Source of the DNA: a virus
Virus record (IMG/VR): IMGVR_UViG_3300023296_001674
Strand: one strand, 5' to 3'
DNA length: 64,000 nucleotides
The position numbers and the translations under genes are program-made. This document shows positions 44,859 to 55,627 of this stretch, piece by piece. Positions within the stretch are counted from its first letter, which is position 1. Each line of letters begins with the position of its first letter. The notes under the pieces are model-generated. The model saw only the letters and a program-made list of their open reading frames with translations. It had not been told where the DNA came from and searched no databases.

Positions 44859-45330
44859 AATGAATGATATACAATTGAGTGGAAATTTTAAATTATCAGA
44901 GTTGGTTAAGTCAGATACGGCGGAAAGGTTAGATATTGATAACTGGCCCACAGACAATGATACTATTGAAGCGTTAAGGGTGACAGCAAACAGAATATTG
45001 CAGCCCGTCAGAATGAATTACGGTATTTCTTTTTCGCCTACTAGCGGGTTTCGTTGCTTAACCTTGAATAGAGCATTAAAATCGAAAGATACATCTGATC
45101 ATGTTTTAGGTAGAGCAGTAGATTTTGAAGTACCAGGAATACCAAATAAAGATTTGGCTGTGTGGATACGAGATAACCTATCTTTTGATCAGGTTATATT
45201 AGAATTTTGGGATGGGATAAATCCAAACTCTGGGTGGGTGCATTGTTCTTTTAGATCAGAAACTGAAAATAGAAATCAGTGTTTAACTATTAATAAAAAT
45301 GGCGTATTTAATGGATTTAGAGCAAATTAA
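44851..45330 (+). CDS. peptidase M15-like zinc peptidase (candidate cell-wall hydrolase/endolysin)
   Basis: SDHVLGRAVDFEV (S-x-H-x2-G-x-A-x-D) typical of M15 family. Confidence 0.5.
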   Translation: MNKMNDIQLSGNFKLSELVKSDTAERLDIDNWPTDNDTIEALRVTANRILQPVRMNYGISFSPTSGFRCLTLNRALKSKDTSDHVLGRAVDFEVPGIPNKDLAVWIRDNLSFDQVILEFWDGINPNSGWVHCSFRSETENRNQCLTINKNGVFNGFRAN

Positions 45331-46024
45331 ACAAGAAATTTATTATTTATATGAAATTGAAAATATTATCAATGGAAAGAAATATATCGGATATACTAAT
45401 AATCCAAGACTTCGCCAAAAAGCACATTTTGTTTGGAAAAATAGTGGGTCTATATTGGTTGAACATGCTATTAAAAAATATGGATTAGATTCATTGCGGT
45501 TTAAAATACTTGTTAAATCAGACAATGAAGTATATATTAAAGATTTAGAAATTGCAGCCATTAGCTCTCTTAATACCAAAGCACCACAAGGGTATAATTT
45601 AACTGATGGCGGCGAAGGAACTCGTGGTTTGACATTATCTGATAATCAAAAAGCAGATAGAAGTAAAAACATGAAAGGTAAAATGATTGGTGAGAAAAAT
45701 CCCTTTTATGGAAAGAAACATGATCCAGAAACTCTAAAAAGAATGGTAGAAACTAGAAGAAAAAATGGATCATATGTTGCGTGGAATAAAGGCGGCGGAC
45801 ATAAATTAAGTGCTAAAAGTCGCAAAAGTCTCCGTGAAAACAGACCTGTTGGCGGGACAAAAAATCCAAACGCCAAGTTGACGGAAGAAAAAGTACGAGA
45901 AATATATAATCTAAAAGGACAAATGACTGGTGAAAAGGTCGTCATGTTCTTAGGTTTGAATGTATCTGGTGAGACCGTTAGACGTATATGGAATAGAACT
46001 ACATGGTCGAGTTTAGTATATTAA
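45299..46024 (+). CDS. GIY-YIG homing endonuclease with NUMOD-like motifs
   Basis: IYYLYEIENIINGKKYIGYTNNPRLRQKAHF; GEKNPFYGKKH. Confidence 0.7.
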   Translation: MAYLMDLEQIKQEIYYLYEIENIINGKKYIGYTNNPRLRQKAHFVWKNSGSILVEHAIKKYGLDSLRFKILVKSDNEVYIKDLEIAAISSLNTKAPQGYNLTDGGEGTRGLTLSDNQKADRSKNMKGKMIGEKNPFYGKKHDPETLKRMVETRRKNGSYVAWNKGGGHKLSAKSRKSLRENRPVGGTKNPNAKLTEEKVREIYNLKGQMTGEKVVMFLGLNVSGETVRRIWNRTTWSSLVY

Positions 46025-46069
46025 TATACTATAATAAATAATACTATATTAACGTGAAGGATCAATACT

Positions 46070-46486
46070 ATGAGTAAACAAAGCATCGTAATGTTAGACG
46101 ACACCGGCATTATTCAAAGTGTCTCTGGTGAGGCAATCCGTGCTGATGCATGGTTTGGACTTAAAGATGGATTACATACCGTTACATTTCATATGGAAGA
46201 CTTTACTGGTAGAATATACATTGAAGCCTCATTAGAAACTGAACCAGCGGAAATCGATTGGTTTCCGGTTCACTTGAATGGTGGAAATGCGTATATGCAA
46301 TATCCATTAGACCCGTTGGTTCCTACTGGCACAGCCGGTGATACATTTGTTGATGCGTTTACGTTTCAAGGTAATTTTCTTTATCTTAGAGCAAGAATTG
46401 ATCGCAGTTATTATGTCCCTGTTCCAACTACAGATGACGAAAAATCACTACTTGGGTCAGTAAAGAAGATATTATTAAATCATTAA
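46070..46486 (+). CDS. hypothetical protein
   Basis: ORF track. Confidence 0.5.
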   Translation: MSKQSIVMLDDTGIIQSVSGEAIRADAWFGLKDGLHTVTFHMEDFTGRIYIEASLETEPAEIDWFPVHLNGGNAYMQYPLDPLVPTGTAGDTFVDAFTFQGNFLYLRARIDRSYYVPVPTTDDEKSLLGSVKKILLNH

Positions 46487-46551
46487 TACTTGACAGTGGC
46501 GGATTGTTTTGTTATAATTCATAATATAAAACAAGTAAAAAGAGTTCATAT

Positions 46552-47391
46552 ATGAAATCACCATTACGATATCCGGGTGGCAAAACGCGTGCAACCAAAA
46601 CATTATACTCGTTAATACAATACCATATACAACAAAATAATATAACTGATATATGTTCGCCATTTTTGGGTGGAGGATCATTTGAATTATTTTTATGTAC
46701 AACTGGCATTAATGTTACCGGATATGACATTTTTGATCCGTTGGTAGATTTTTGGCAGTGCATGTTAACTGATCCAGATAAATTAGTTGCGGTTATAGAA
46801 ACTTATAAAAAATCATATGACAGTGGAATACCAACAGCAAAAGAACAATTTTATATATTACAAAAAACACAACACGAATATTCCGACGTATGGCACAGGG
46901 CGGCAATATTTTTCACATTGAATAGATCGTCTTTTTCTGGATCGACGATGTCTGGTGGATGGTCGCCCGATTATCCACGTTTTAATGATTCTTCTATCGA
47001 AAGAGTTAAATCATTTAACGAACCATTGCTGCAAGTTAATAAATTATCGTTTGATCAATCTATAACAAAACATAAAAACAGTTTTCTATATCTCGATCCG
47101 CCATACATGATTGAACACAATCTTTATGGAAAAAAAGGAAACACCCATAAAGATTTTGATCATTTAGGATTATATGACATATTAACAACTAGAGATAATT
47201 GGATTATGTCATACAACGATGATGCTGATATTCGAAATTTATATCAGAATTATAAAATAGAAACGGTAAATTGGGCATATGGCATGACTTCTAATCGCAA
47301 ATCAAATGAAATCGTTATATTCAGTGATGATATAATATCCGACCCTTACTCTATAGATGCTATATCAAAAGGCGCGAATATAATTTGGTAG
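46552..47391 (+). CDS. dam: DNA N6-adenine methyltransferase (Dam-like, alpha group)
   Basis: RYPGGKTR; FLGGGSFEL (motif I); LDPPY (motif IV); TTGACA-N17-TATAAT ~46491-46519. Confidence 0.75.
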   Translation: MKSPLRYPGGKTRATKTLYSLIQYHIQQNNITDICSPFLGGGSFELFLCTTGINVTGYDIFDPLVDFWQCMLTDPDKLVAVIETYKKSYDSGIPTAKEQFYILQKTQHEYSDVWHRAAIFFTLNRSSFSGSTMSGGWSPDYPRFNDSSIERVKSFNEPLLQVNKLSFDQSITKHKNSFLYLDPPYMIEHNLYGKKGNTHKDFDHLGLYDILTTRDNWIMSYNDDADIRNLYQNYKIETVNWAYGMTSNRKSNEIVIFSDDIISDPYSIDAISKGANIIW

Positions 47392-47401
47392 AAATAATGC
47401 A

Positions 47402-48535
47402 ATGTCAAGTTTGAAATATAGGAAAATACGAAAACATATGCTTGAAAATGTTATTAATTGGGGCAATTTTAAATATGTCCCAACGAAAAAAATAAAGAAA
47501 AAAACGAATATCGTTGACCGCGATGCATATAAAAATGCGTTCGGGATAGATTTAGTTTTATCCAATAATAAATCTAACAAATCCGGCGACGTTCTAGAAT
47601 GCGCAACTGCTATTGTCTTATCCAAAAAATTACATGGATCGACTATATATAAAAACAACAGAAAATCTGATAGGGTACATAATGCATTTAATGAATTATC
47701 AGAAATTGAACAATTAAAATGGTTGACGTTAGTAGAAAAAAGCGTAGATGAAATTATAGCAGCAGAAAAATTAGACGAATACACTGATATAATAATATAC
47801 TTTTGCGATCAATCACTCGAAGATGATCAACGTGATATTGTAGTAAAGTCTAATAATGATGACATTTGTGGTATATCTTGCAAGAGAAACAACACCTCTA
47901 ATAAATCTATATCGTGGTATGCCCTGACGACATTTGATAATTTTATAGTTAAGTATACCAATGGATCGATAATCGCCGATGTCATAGATCAAAATATTAT
48001 TGCGGGTTTTTACCACAGGGGTATAAAATTTATTAATCACACCACCAATATCATCGATAATATCAGAAGATGGCCTTCAACAAAAAAAGGTTATTTGCAA
48101 ACACCGCGTGAAAAAGTTATATTAAGAAATAGAATAAACATGTTACAATTAATGACTGATTATATACATAAAATGTTTGTTAGATATATAGAAATGTCAT
48201 CAAATGAAGAATATGATATACGATTATTATATAACATATTGAATGGCATAGGAAAATATGATTATTATAAAGTATCGACGACTAACGATAAACCTAACGA
48301 CGTCGAATCCATCAATACTCATAACACATTGAATAATTATACAGCAATTAAAACCCCCCTTATAATACCAAAATCATTAAATATTACGATGGGTTATGAT
48401 AAACAAAATCGTGTTATAATTATATATGATTTTGGTGGTACCAATATAATGCACATGAGATTACACACCAAGTCTGGTCGTATGTTAAATTCACATATGG
48501 GCATAGAATGCGTGAACGAAACTGCTAAAAAATGA
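47402..48535 (+). CDS. hypothetical protein (377 aa; very AT-rich; immediately downstream of dam)
   Basis: ORF track; no recognisable motif. Confidence 0.5.
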   Translation: MSSLKYRKIRKHMLENVINWGNFKYVPTKKIKKKTNIVDRDAYKNAFGIDLVLSNNKSNKSGDVLECATAIVLSKKLHGSTIYKNNRKSDRVHNAFNELSEIEQLKWLTLVEKSVDEIIAAEKLDEYTDIIIYFCDQSLEDDQRDIVVKSNNDDICGISCKRNNTSNKSISWYALTTFDNFIVKYTNGSIIADVIDQNIIAGFYHRGIKFINHTTNIIDNIRRWPSTKKGYLQTPREKVILRNRINMLQLMTDYIHKMFVRYIEMSSNEEYDIRLLYNILNGIGKYDYYKVSTTNDKPNDVESINTHNTLNNYTAIKTPLIIPKSLNITMGYDKQNRVIIIYDFGGTNIMHMRLHTKSGRMLNSHMGIECVNETAKK

Positions 48536-48624
48536 CATACACAACCCCCTAATTCTATTATATAACAAACCTAAGCCATTCTAATAAATATAAAGAGAAC
48601 ATATTTAATAGGACTATTGTATCT

Positions 48625-50991
48625 ATGGCTATACATGCACAAAAAACAACATTCAGATCGTCTGCACAATTTCCTGATTTTCTTGTAACGGGTCCGTTAA
48701 CCAATGGTCATATATTAGTTTATAGTGATGAAGTCAATGCATTTATTAATACCACAGGAACTATTGGCGGTGGCGGTGATGGCACATTAGATGGCGCAGT
48801 CAATATTGGAACTGGTTCAGAAATATTTAAAGCCATTAATGTTACAGACGAATTAGAATTAAGAACGCTACTTGGCGGTCAAGGTATATCATTACTTGAA
48901 GGCGCTAATGAAATAGAAATATCCAATGATATTATAACTGATTCTGCTATTAGTGTTGCAGATTCTTTTGTTGTAACGATAGATAATGATAACACCACAA
49001 CAGACACTGCGGTATTTGGTGTTAGCACTAATAGTTCTCCTGCAACGATAGTTGTTGCACCAGTTGCCACATATGTTGCCCCAAATTTAGATATATCGGT
49101 TGTGTTACCGAGTTCATTTGTCACTGCATCTGGTGATTTCGTAGCGGACGGTTTTGTTACCGGTATGTGCTTGAAATCAACCGGAACCACTGAACAAGAT
49201 GGTATTTGGATAATAGATACGGTAACAACCAATACAATAACAATAACTGTTCCATTTACAAATCAAACCGACGCGGGTGATCAACCAGACACAACATTGG
49301 AAGGAATGTTTGTTGTATTTACTGCTACAACTTTAACGATGACAGGGCGTGATTTCTACGAAGATGGATTTAGAGTAGGATATACAGTTGACGTAACTGG
49401 AACTACTGATAATGATGGAACATATACAATTGCAGTAATATCTGGCGCAGATATGCTTATCAATGAAACATTTCCGGTAGCGGGATGTGATGTAGGAACT
49501 ATAACTGTAGCGGTTCCTGTTCAGGATCATTCAACTGGATGGTCTGTTAATGAACTTGGTGTCACAATTTCTAACGGTGGAACATTTAACGGTGATATAA
49601 CTGTCACATCTGCCAATAATATAAACATAGACCAAGGAACATTGTTAATCGATAGTGTAGATATTATTGATACTATAAACGCTGCGATATTTACAGTTCC
49701 AACTAATGGTCTTATAACACAAACAACATCGGGCAATTTCACATCCAGAGTGGTTGCAGTTAGTGGTGGATTATCCATCGTTGACGGAGATGGAATAGCA
49801 GGCGATCCTACTATAAGCGTTGATGCATTTGACATTACGTTAGATGGAGATATAACAGGAACGGCAACTGTCACGGATTTAGGTAATACAACCATAACTA
49901 CTACATTAGGAGACAATGGCGTAGTTAATGGGACATTTAACCATGTAACCGTTGATAGCACAGGACGAGTAACAAATGGAACAAATGATGCAATCGTAGG
50001 GGCGAATGGAATAACTGTTACCAATGGTGATGGTGTTGCAGGAACTCCAACTATTACGGCGGCGGATTTTGACATAACAATAGCAGGTGATGTTATTGGA
50101 ACGGCAACAGTTACTGGATTAGCTGATGTCGTTATAACTGTAGCACTAGATGCTATAGCTGCACCAGGAACTTATAACTCAGTTACGATTGATGCAACTG
50201 GTCGAGTTACTTCTGGTTCAGTGATACCGGGCGGCAGTTATCAAGCTGCTGATCCAGAGTTAGATGATTTATCTGGCGGTTTAACCGATCCCGGTTTTAC
50301 AGTATGGGATGGCACGCAATACATCGATAGAACTATAAATGGTTCTACTAATGAGATTGTGGTAACGAATGGAGACGGTGTTGCAAGCGACGCAGTAATT
50401 GGATTGGCTGATGACCCAATCATTCCGGGAACTGGTTCTATGACAATACCAAGAGGCCCAGCGGTTGATAGACCAGGGTCGGGTGTTGAAGGTATGATTA
50501 GATATCACGCTGATGCACAAGATTTCTTTGAAGGATACACCGATACAGGGTGGCTACCATTTATGATGGATGAGGGTGTTTCATTCTTACCATTGGCTGG
50601 TGGCACAATGACTGGTGATATCACTATGGATAGCAACGATATCATCGATATTGGATTAGTTGATGGTCGTGACGTTGCAGTAGATGGTGCAATATTAGAT
50701 GATTTGAATACTGGAACCGGTATCAAAGCACAAGTAGCGGCTGGCGACTTTGAAAGTAGAACAATCGTTGGTACCGCACCAATCGTAGTCACTGATGGTG
50801 ATGGCGTAGCAGGCAATCCTACGGCATCAATGGATATTACAACTGTTACTGCCCTTGAAGTTGGGCAAGTGGTTGATGAAATAAATGATGAATTAATTAT
50901 TTACGATGATTCACAATCAGCAATGAGACGTATATCGCCAAGACAATTAAATAATAGATTTGCCCGTAGATATTTTATGGCGCAATTCTAA
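48625..50991 (+). CDS. tail fiber protein (repeat-rich, Thr/Gly/Val/Asp)
   Basis: 788 aa; recurring GDGVAG.PT..A.DFDIT..GD..GTATVT repeats. Confidence 0.55.
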   Translation: MAIHAQKTTFRSSAQFPDFLVTGPLTNGHILVYSDEVNAFINTTGTIGGGGDGTLDGAVNIGTGSEIFKAINVTDELELRTLLGGQGISLLEGANEIEISNDIITDSAISVADSFVVTIDNDNTTTDTAVFGVSTNSSPATIVVAPVATYVAPNLDISVVLPSSFVTASGDFVADGFVTGMCLKSTGTTEQDGIWIIDTVTTNTITITVPFTNQTDAGDQPDTTLEGMFVVFTATTLTMTGRDFYEDGFRVGYTVDVTGTTDNDGTYTIAVISGADMLINETFPVAGCDVGTITVAVPVQDHSTGWSVNELGVTISNGGTFNGDITVTSANNINIDQGTLLIDSVDIIDTINAAIFTVPTNGLITQTTSGNFTSRVVAVSGGLSIVDGDGIAGDPTISVDAFDITLDGDITGTATVTDLGNTTITTTLGDNGVVNGTFNHVTVDSTGRVTNGTNDAIVGANGITVTNGDGVAGTPTITAADFDITIAGDVIGTATVTGLADVVITVALDAIAAPGTYNSVTIDATGRVTSGSVIPGGSYQAADPELDDLSGGLTDPGFTVWDGTQYIDRTINGSTNEIVVTNGDGVASDAVIGLADDPIIPGTGSMTIPRGPAVDRPGSGVEGMIRYHADAQDFFEGYTDTGWLPFMMDEGVSFLPLAGGTMTGDITMDSNDIIDIGLVDGRDVAVDGAILDDLNTGTGIKAQVAAGDFESRTIVGTAPIVVTDGDGVAGNPTASMDITTVTALEVGQVVDEINDELIIYDDSQSAMRRISPRQLNNRFARRYFMAQF

Positions 50992-51020
50992 TAAATATAA
51001 GATAAAAAGGGAAATTAAAA

Positions 51021-51359
51021 ATGGCAGCAAGAAGATTCGGCGCATTAGACTTAGCAGCAACTACTGATACAGTATTGATGAGTGGCGCTTCTGGTTTTGA
51101 TTCAACCGTTAATGTTAGATTTACAAATAGAAACAGTTCAGCCGTTACGGTTAGAATGGCGCTTGTTGATGATGTATCAGGTAGCGCATTGGGAAGTTTA
51201 TCTGATGAAGATTATTTAGAATACGATACAACAATAGAAGCAAATGATGTATTAGAAAATACTGGATTAGTGATACCCGAAGATCATACAATAGTGGTTA
51301 GGTCGGACACAACATTGGTTACGGTTTTATCTTACGGTTTTGAGGAGCAAATAGTTTAA
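51021..51359 (+). CDS. small virion/tail-fiber-associated protein
   Basis: ORF track; same upstream motif ttctaataaatataa as 48625. Confidence 0.45.
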   Translation: MAARRFGALDLAATTDTVLMSGASGFDSTVNVRFTNRNSSAVTVRMALVDDVSGSALGSLSDEDYLEYDTTIEANDVLENTGLVIPEDHTIVVRSDTTLVTVLSYGFEEQIV

Positions 51360-53152
51360 TGGCGAGATATTCAACAAATAATCCGGTAGCGGTATTACCC
51401 GATTCTGGCGTGACTGCTGGTTCATATACAAATGTTGACCTTACAGTCAATAGTAAAGGTATAGTAACAGTAGCGGCTAACGGTGCTTCAGTTGCATCGG
51501 TGCTTAATGATTTAACCGATGTTACACTAACTGGACCAATAACCGATCAAGTGTTACAATATGATGGTGCAGATTGGCTTAATACAACATTAACTGTTGC
51601 ATCATTGAGTGATATTAATTTATCTGGAGTAACATCTGGGGACTTTTTAACTTTTGATGGCGCAGATTGGATTAACAGCACAATAGATGTGGTGGTAACA
51701 GGCGATATAGGCACCACAGTTCAAGCGTGGGATGCCGAACTTGACGCAATGGCAGGATTAAGTGGGACAGGATATGTCATCCACACAGGCGCAGGTACAG
51801 CCGTAGAACGCACAATCACAGGCAGTGATGGAATAATTGTAACAGACGGCGACGGAGTTGCTGGAAATACTGAAATAACTGTTACCATAGACACATTGCC
51901 ATTCACAGGACCAATAGACCCAGTTAACGATTTATTGATATTTTATAATTTAGATACTACACAAAATGAGCAAGTATCAGTTGAAGACGCAGTATTATCA
52001 GCGACACCTATTACCGATGCAATCAGCGTTGGTGGCGGATTTGAGGTGTTTAAGCAAATTAATAGCAAAGTATTAGAATTTAGAGACATATCTAGCGGCA
52101 GTGCTAGCATAGTTGTTGACATACTTTCAGATAATATTAGAATTAGTGGAACTGCCGCGTTGGATAATTTGTCTGGATTGACACCAACCGATAATAATTT
52201 TATTGTTGGTAATGGTGGATCGTGGGCGGTTGAAGATGCAACTGCATCAAGAACTTCGTTAGGATTAGGAACGATGGCGGTAGAAACCGCAGCCGATTAT
52301 TTGGCATTGGCTGGTGGAGCGATGACTGGCGATATTGATATGGCAACTAATACAATATCCGATTTGAGTGATCCGGTATTAGCACAAGATGCAGCAACAA
52401 TGAATTTCGTCGAGTTGAATTTAGCCGTTGCTGGTGATGGTATGGTTAAAATCGGCAACGAAATTGATGTTGTTGGTGGCGATGGTATTACAGCAAACGC
52501 AGATGATATTGAACTTGATTTAGTATTTCTTGATGCTCACACAGATGCATTATATTATACACAAACACAATTGGCAGACACAACCGATTCAACAGAGGGT
52601 GCATCATTAATAGGTACAGAAACCAAAGTTGGATTAAGTAATGCGACAACAGTTGAAGCCGCATTGGATTATATTGATACCACATTACCTTTTGTGTTAA
52701 CTAAATTTAGTCAAGGATTGAGTTGGAATATTAATATAACTGCTCCTTCGCCAGTGTATGTCATTGTTGATACTATCCAAGTAACACAATTTGCTGAAAA
52801 CGAAGACGGATCGGCGTATAGTGATTTCTTATTACCGATAGATTTTGATACTACCAAAGAAATGACAGTATATTTATCGATGGCAAAATCTTCCGTTGTT
52901 GCTGGCAATGTTAGTGTTGCATTAGCATGGCAACATCAACGCGTACCTGGTTTCACCTCCAATTCGTTAATTGTATTTGCCCCAGGTACAACCACCGTTC
53001 CAGATGCTAGTACATTAATATGGACTATCCCTGCTTCTACTTTTTTACCTCTTGATGTAGTAACATTGCGCGTTCAACGATTGGGTACTGATAATGGAAA
53101 TGATACATACACGGACACTGTAAATTTATTTGCGGGACATATAACACAATAA
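51359..53152 (+). CDS. tail fiber protein
   Basis: 597 aa; TVNSKGIVT.., DGDGVAGNTEITV repeats; ATGG overlap. Confidence 0.55.
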   Translation: MARYSTNNPVAVLPDSGVTAGSYTNVDLTVNSKGIVTVAANGASVASVLNDLTDVTLTGPITDQVLQYDGADWLNTTLTVASLSDINLSGVTSGDFLTFDGADWINSTIDVVVTGDIGTTVQAWDAELDAMAGLSGTGYVIHTGAGTAVERTITGSDGIIVTDGDGVAGNTEITVTIDTLPFTGPIDPVNDLLIFYNLDTTQNEQVSVEDAVLSATPITDAISVGGGFEVFKQINSKVLEFRDISSGSASIVVDILSDNIRISGTAALDNLSGLTPTDNNFIVGNGGSWAVEDATASRTSLGLGTMAVETAADYLALAGGAMTGDIDMATNTISDLSDPVLAQDAATMNFVELNLAVAGDGMVKIGNEIDVVGGDGITANADDIELDLVFLDAHTDALYYTQTQLADTTDSTEGASLIGTETKVGLSNATTVEAALDYIDTTLPFVLTKFSQGLSWNINITAPSPVYVIVDTIQVTQFAENEDGSAYSDFLLPIDFDTTKEMTVYLSMAKSSVVAGNVSVALAWQHQRVPGFTSNSLIVFAPGTTTVPDASTLIWTIPASTFLPLDVVTLRVQRLGTDNGNDTYTDTVNLFAGHITQ

Positions 53153-53168
53153 TAAGGCAGAATTACAC

Positions 53169-54890
53169 ATGGCTAATGAATTTATAGTACAAAACGGATT
53201 GATAGTTGGACGGGCGAGTGGGGCGAATATAACAGTCGTGCCAGACGTGGATGGCAGTGGGTCAGTTATATTCGATGATCGTTCTGGTGGTGTAATAGGC
53301 GATGTTAATTATAATCATACAACAGACATTTTAAGTTTGGATGTTAATGGAATATCACAAATAGCCATTTCTGCAACTGGTGTTACAGTTAGTGGTGATT
53401 TAAGTGTTACAGGAACAACCACAACAACCGACGTATTAAATTTGGTCGTAACTGATAATATCATCACCATAAATGATGGCGAAGTTGGTGCTGGTGTTGC
53501 TAACGGTGTTGGTTATGCAGGGATAGATGTTGATCGCGGAACATTAGATAATTCAGGTTGGTATTATAGCGAACCGAATAATTGGTGGGGGCCAGCGGGG
53601 CCAGAAGGAACATATGGCGCTGGTATAGGAGCAACACAAACCCTTGGTAATATAGCAGCAATCGATGCAACCGATTCAACTGATCAAATTCTAACAATCG
53701 TTTCAAATGCGGCGGTTATTCTCCCTCTTGGTAGTACCGCACAGCGACCTACTGGTGCGGAGGGTATGTTACGACAAAATTCAGATACAAACACACCAGA
53801 AATATATGATGGAACTAATTGGTCGCAAATGATAGCAACTACATCGGGAACAGCAATAGCTATAACCGGTGATATAGACATGATTAATACGCATAGCTTA
53901 TTAAATCCTATTGATCCAACAACTGATTCTGAAGTTGGTGATCGCGGTTATACCGATGGAAGATATTTGCAAATAGATAATAATTTAAGTGATTTAACTA
54001 ATGTAACACGAGCAAGACTTAATTTAGGTCTTACCGCTAGTGTATTAGATGCTGTTGGACGTGATGGTGATACTATGTATGGGTCGTTAACGGTGGGTGA
54101 TACCAGCGACGTAGAAGTAGTAGCCACAACTATAGCAGTTGCAGGAACTGGTTATGTATCAGAAGAATTAGTTACAATCGTAGGCGGAACATTTTCGAAT
54201 GCATTAGTAGTAAAAGTGTTAACGGTTGGCGGTAGTGGTGAAATATTAACATATTCACGATTTTTGAAAGGTATATATACCGTAGGGCCGGGTTCTCCAG
54301 CAGCAACAACCTCGAGTGGTTCTGGTGTAAATGCTACATTTAACCTTACTGTAACAGCATCCGATGTAAGTATATTACCAGACGAAGATTATGCAACTGC
54401 GGTTGAGCCACGTGATATAGGTAAAACTAACGGCGAAGATGGATATGCTGGCGCTAATTTAAGATTTAGAACAGTTAATGCAGAAACATTTAGAGGTGTT
54501 GCAACATCAGCGTTGTATGCCGATTTGGCTGAAAGATATGAAGCTGATGATTTATATGACGAAGGAACGGTAGTTGTATTTGGCGGTGACAAAGAAATAA
54601 CAGTAACAGGATTGAGATTTGATACCAGAGTGGCAGGTGTTATATCTATCAAGCCTGCATATAGAATGAATGAAGGTGCAGGCACAGACGAAACACACCC
54701 ATTCGTTGCACTTAAAGGAAAAGTGCCATGTAAAATTATTGGTGTGGTTAAAAAAGGTGATTTATTGACAACATCACATAAACAAGGGTATGCTATAAGT
54801 AACTCCAATGCTTTACCCTATACTGCATTCGCAAGGGCGCTGGAAGATTCAGATGGTTCAAACGATATAATCTACGTAAGTATAATATAA
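53169..54890 (+). CDS. tail fiber / receptor-binding protein
   Basis: 573 aa; Gly/Thr-rich. Confidence 0.5.
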   Translation: MANEFIVQNGLIVGRASGANITVVPDVDGSGSVIFDDRSGGVIGDVNYNHTTDILSLDVNGISQIAISATGVTVSGDLSVTGTTTTTDVLNLVVTDNIITINDGEVGAGVANGVGYAGIDVDRGTLDNSGWYYSEPNNWWGPAGPEGTYGAGIGATQTLGNIAAIDATDSTDQILTIVSNAAVILPLGSTAQRPTGAEGMLRQNSDTNTPEIYDGTNWSQMIATTSGTAIAITGDIDMINTHSLLNPIDPTTDSEVGDRGYTDGRYLQIDNNLSDLTNVTRARLNLGLTASVLDAVGRDGDTMYGSLTVGDTSDVEVVATTIAVAGTGYVSEELVTIVGGTFSNALVVKVLTVGGSGEILTYSRFLKGIYTVGPGSPAATTSSGSGVNATFNLTVTASDVSILPDEDYATAVEPRDIGKTNGEDGYAGANLRFRTVNAETFRGVATSALYADLAERYEADDLYDEGTVVVFGGDKEITVTGLRFDTRVAGVISIKPAYRMNEGAGTDETHPFVALKGKVPCKIIGVVKKGDLLTTSHKQGYAISNSNALPYTAFARALEDSDGSNDIIYVSII

Positions 54891-54902
54891 GGAAATAATG
54901 TA

Positions 54903-55565
54903 ATGAGTTTTAATAATAGACCAGATAGACCTATAGAATCATCCATTTACCTACGATTGGTAACTGAAGGCGAAATGAGAAAAAACACAATAAAATCATT
55001 TTACTCTACTGTTAAAGAAAACGCACCGGAAAATGTATTAAGTCATTACGATGTTCAAGACCCTGATGGAAATCCTGCTACAACGTTGTTATTACATCGC
55101 GTTAATGAAGACAATAAGCATGAATACGAAATACCATTGGTTAGAAACCTTACACCAGATGAAATATACGAAGTAGCATTAAATCTTAACACTAAATTAA
55201 ATGAAGGTGATTTTTTATTAGAATCGAGTTCATTTGACGATGATTGCTGCCTTACGGAAGATGATGATCCATCTGAATATATGGAAGCAGACGTTTTTGA
55301 ACGATTTGCAGAGAAATTATCTGAGCGCATGCATAATGTATGGTATAAAGAACGCGAAGATGCTGGCTGGAGATTTGGTACACAGCGCCTCGAAGAAGAA
55401 AAAACACACCCATTAATGAAACCATGGAATCAATTAACCGAAGAAGATAAACAAATAGACTATTCATTGCCTGAATTTTTTATTGATTTGTTAGAAGAAT
55501 TTGGGTATGCAGTTGTAAGTCATGATGAATTAGATGGATTTTCAGAAGAAATATCTAAAAAATAA
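54903..55565 (+). CDS. RyR (ryanodine-receptor) domain-containing protein
   Basis: AEKLSERMHNVWYKEREDAGWRFGTQRLEEEKTHPLMKPWNQLTEEDKQIDYSLPEFFIDLLEEFGY matches RyR domain (HN.W..ER...GW.YG...D...K.HP....Y..L.E..K..D). Confidence 0.65.
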   Translation: MSFNNRPDRPIESSIYLRLVTEGEMRKNTIKSFYSTVKENAPENVLSHYDVQDPDGNPATTLLLHRVNEDNKHEYEIPLVRNLTPDEIYEVALNLNTKLNEGDFLLESSSFDDDCCLTEDDDPSEYMEADVFERFAEKLSERMHNVWYKEREDAGWRFGTQRLEEEKTHPLMKPWNQLTEEDKQIDYSLPEFFIDLLEEFGYAVVSHDELDGFSEEISKK

Positions 55566-55627
55566 CTTTGCATTAAATGTAATATCATGTTATAATGTTT
55601 GCTTAATAATATTATAAGGATTCCATT

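Noticed and set aside
49527-50816. Several 100-180-aa minus-strand ORFs inside the 788-aa tail-fiber gene
   Set aside because: Antisense reading of a repetitive Gly/Thr/Val-rich gene gives long stop-free frames (Pro/Ser/Val-rich); no start signals.
53169-54890. C-terminal intramolecular-chaperone (peptidase S74) domain in the third tail fiber
   Set aside because: Looked for the conserved Ser-Asp-x-x-x-Lys autoproteolysis motif near the C-terminus; ADLAERYEADD is only vaguely similar, so no call made.
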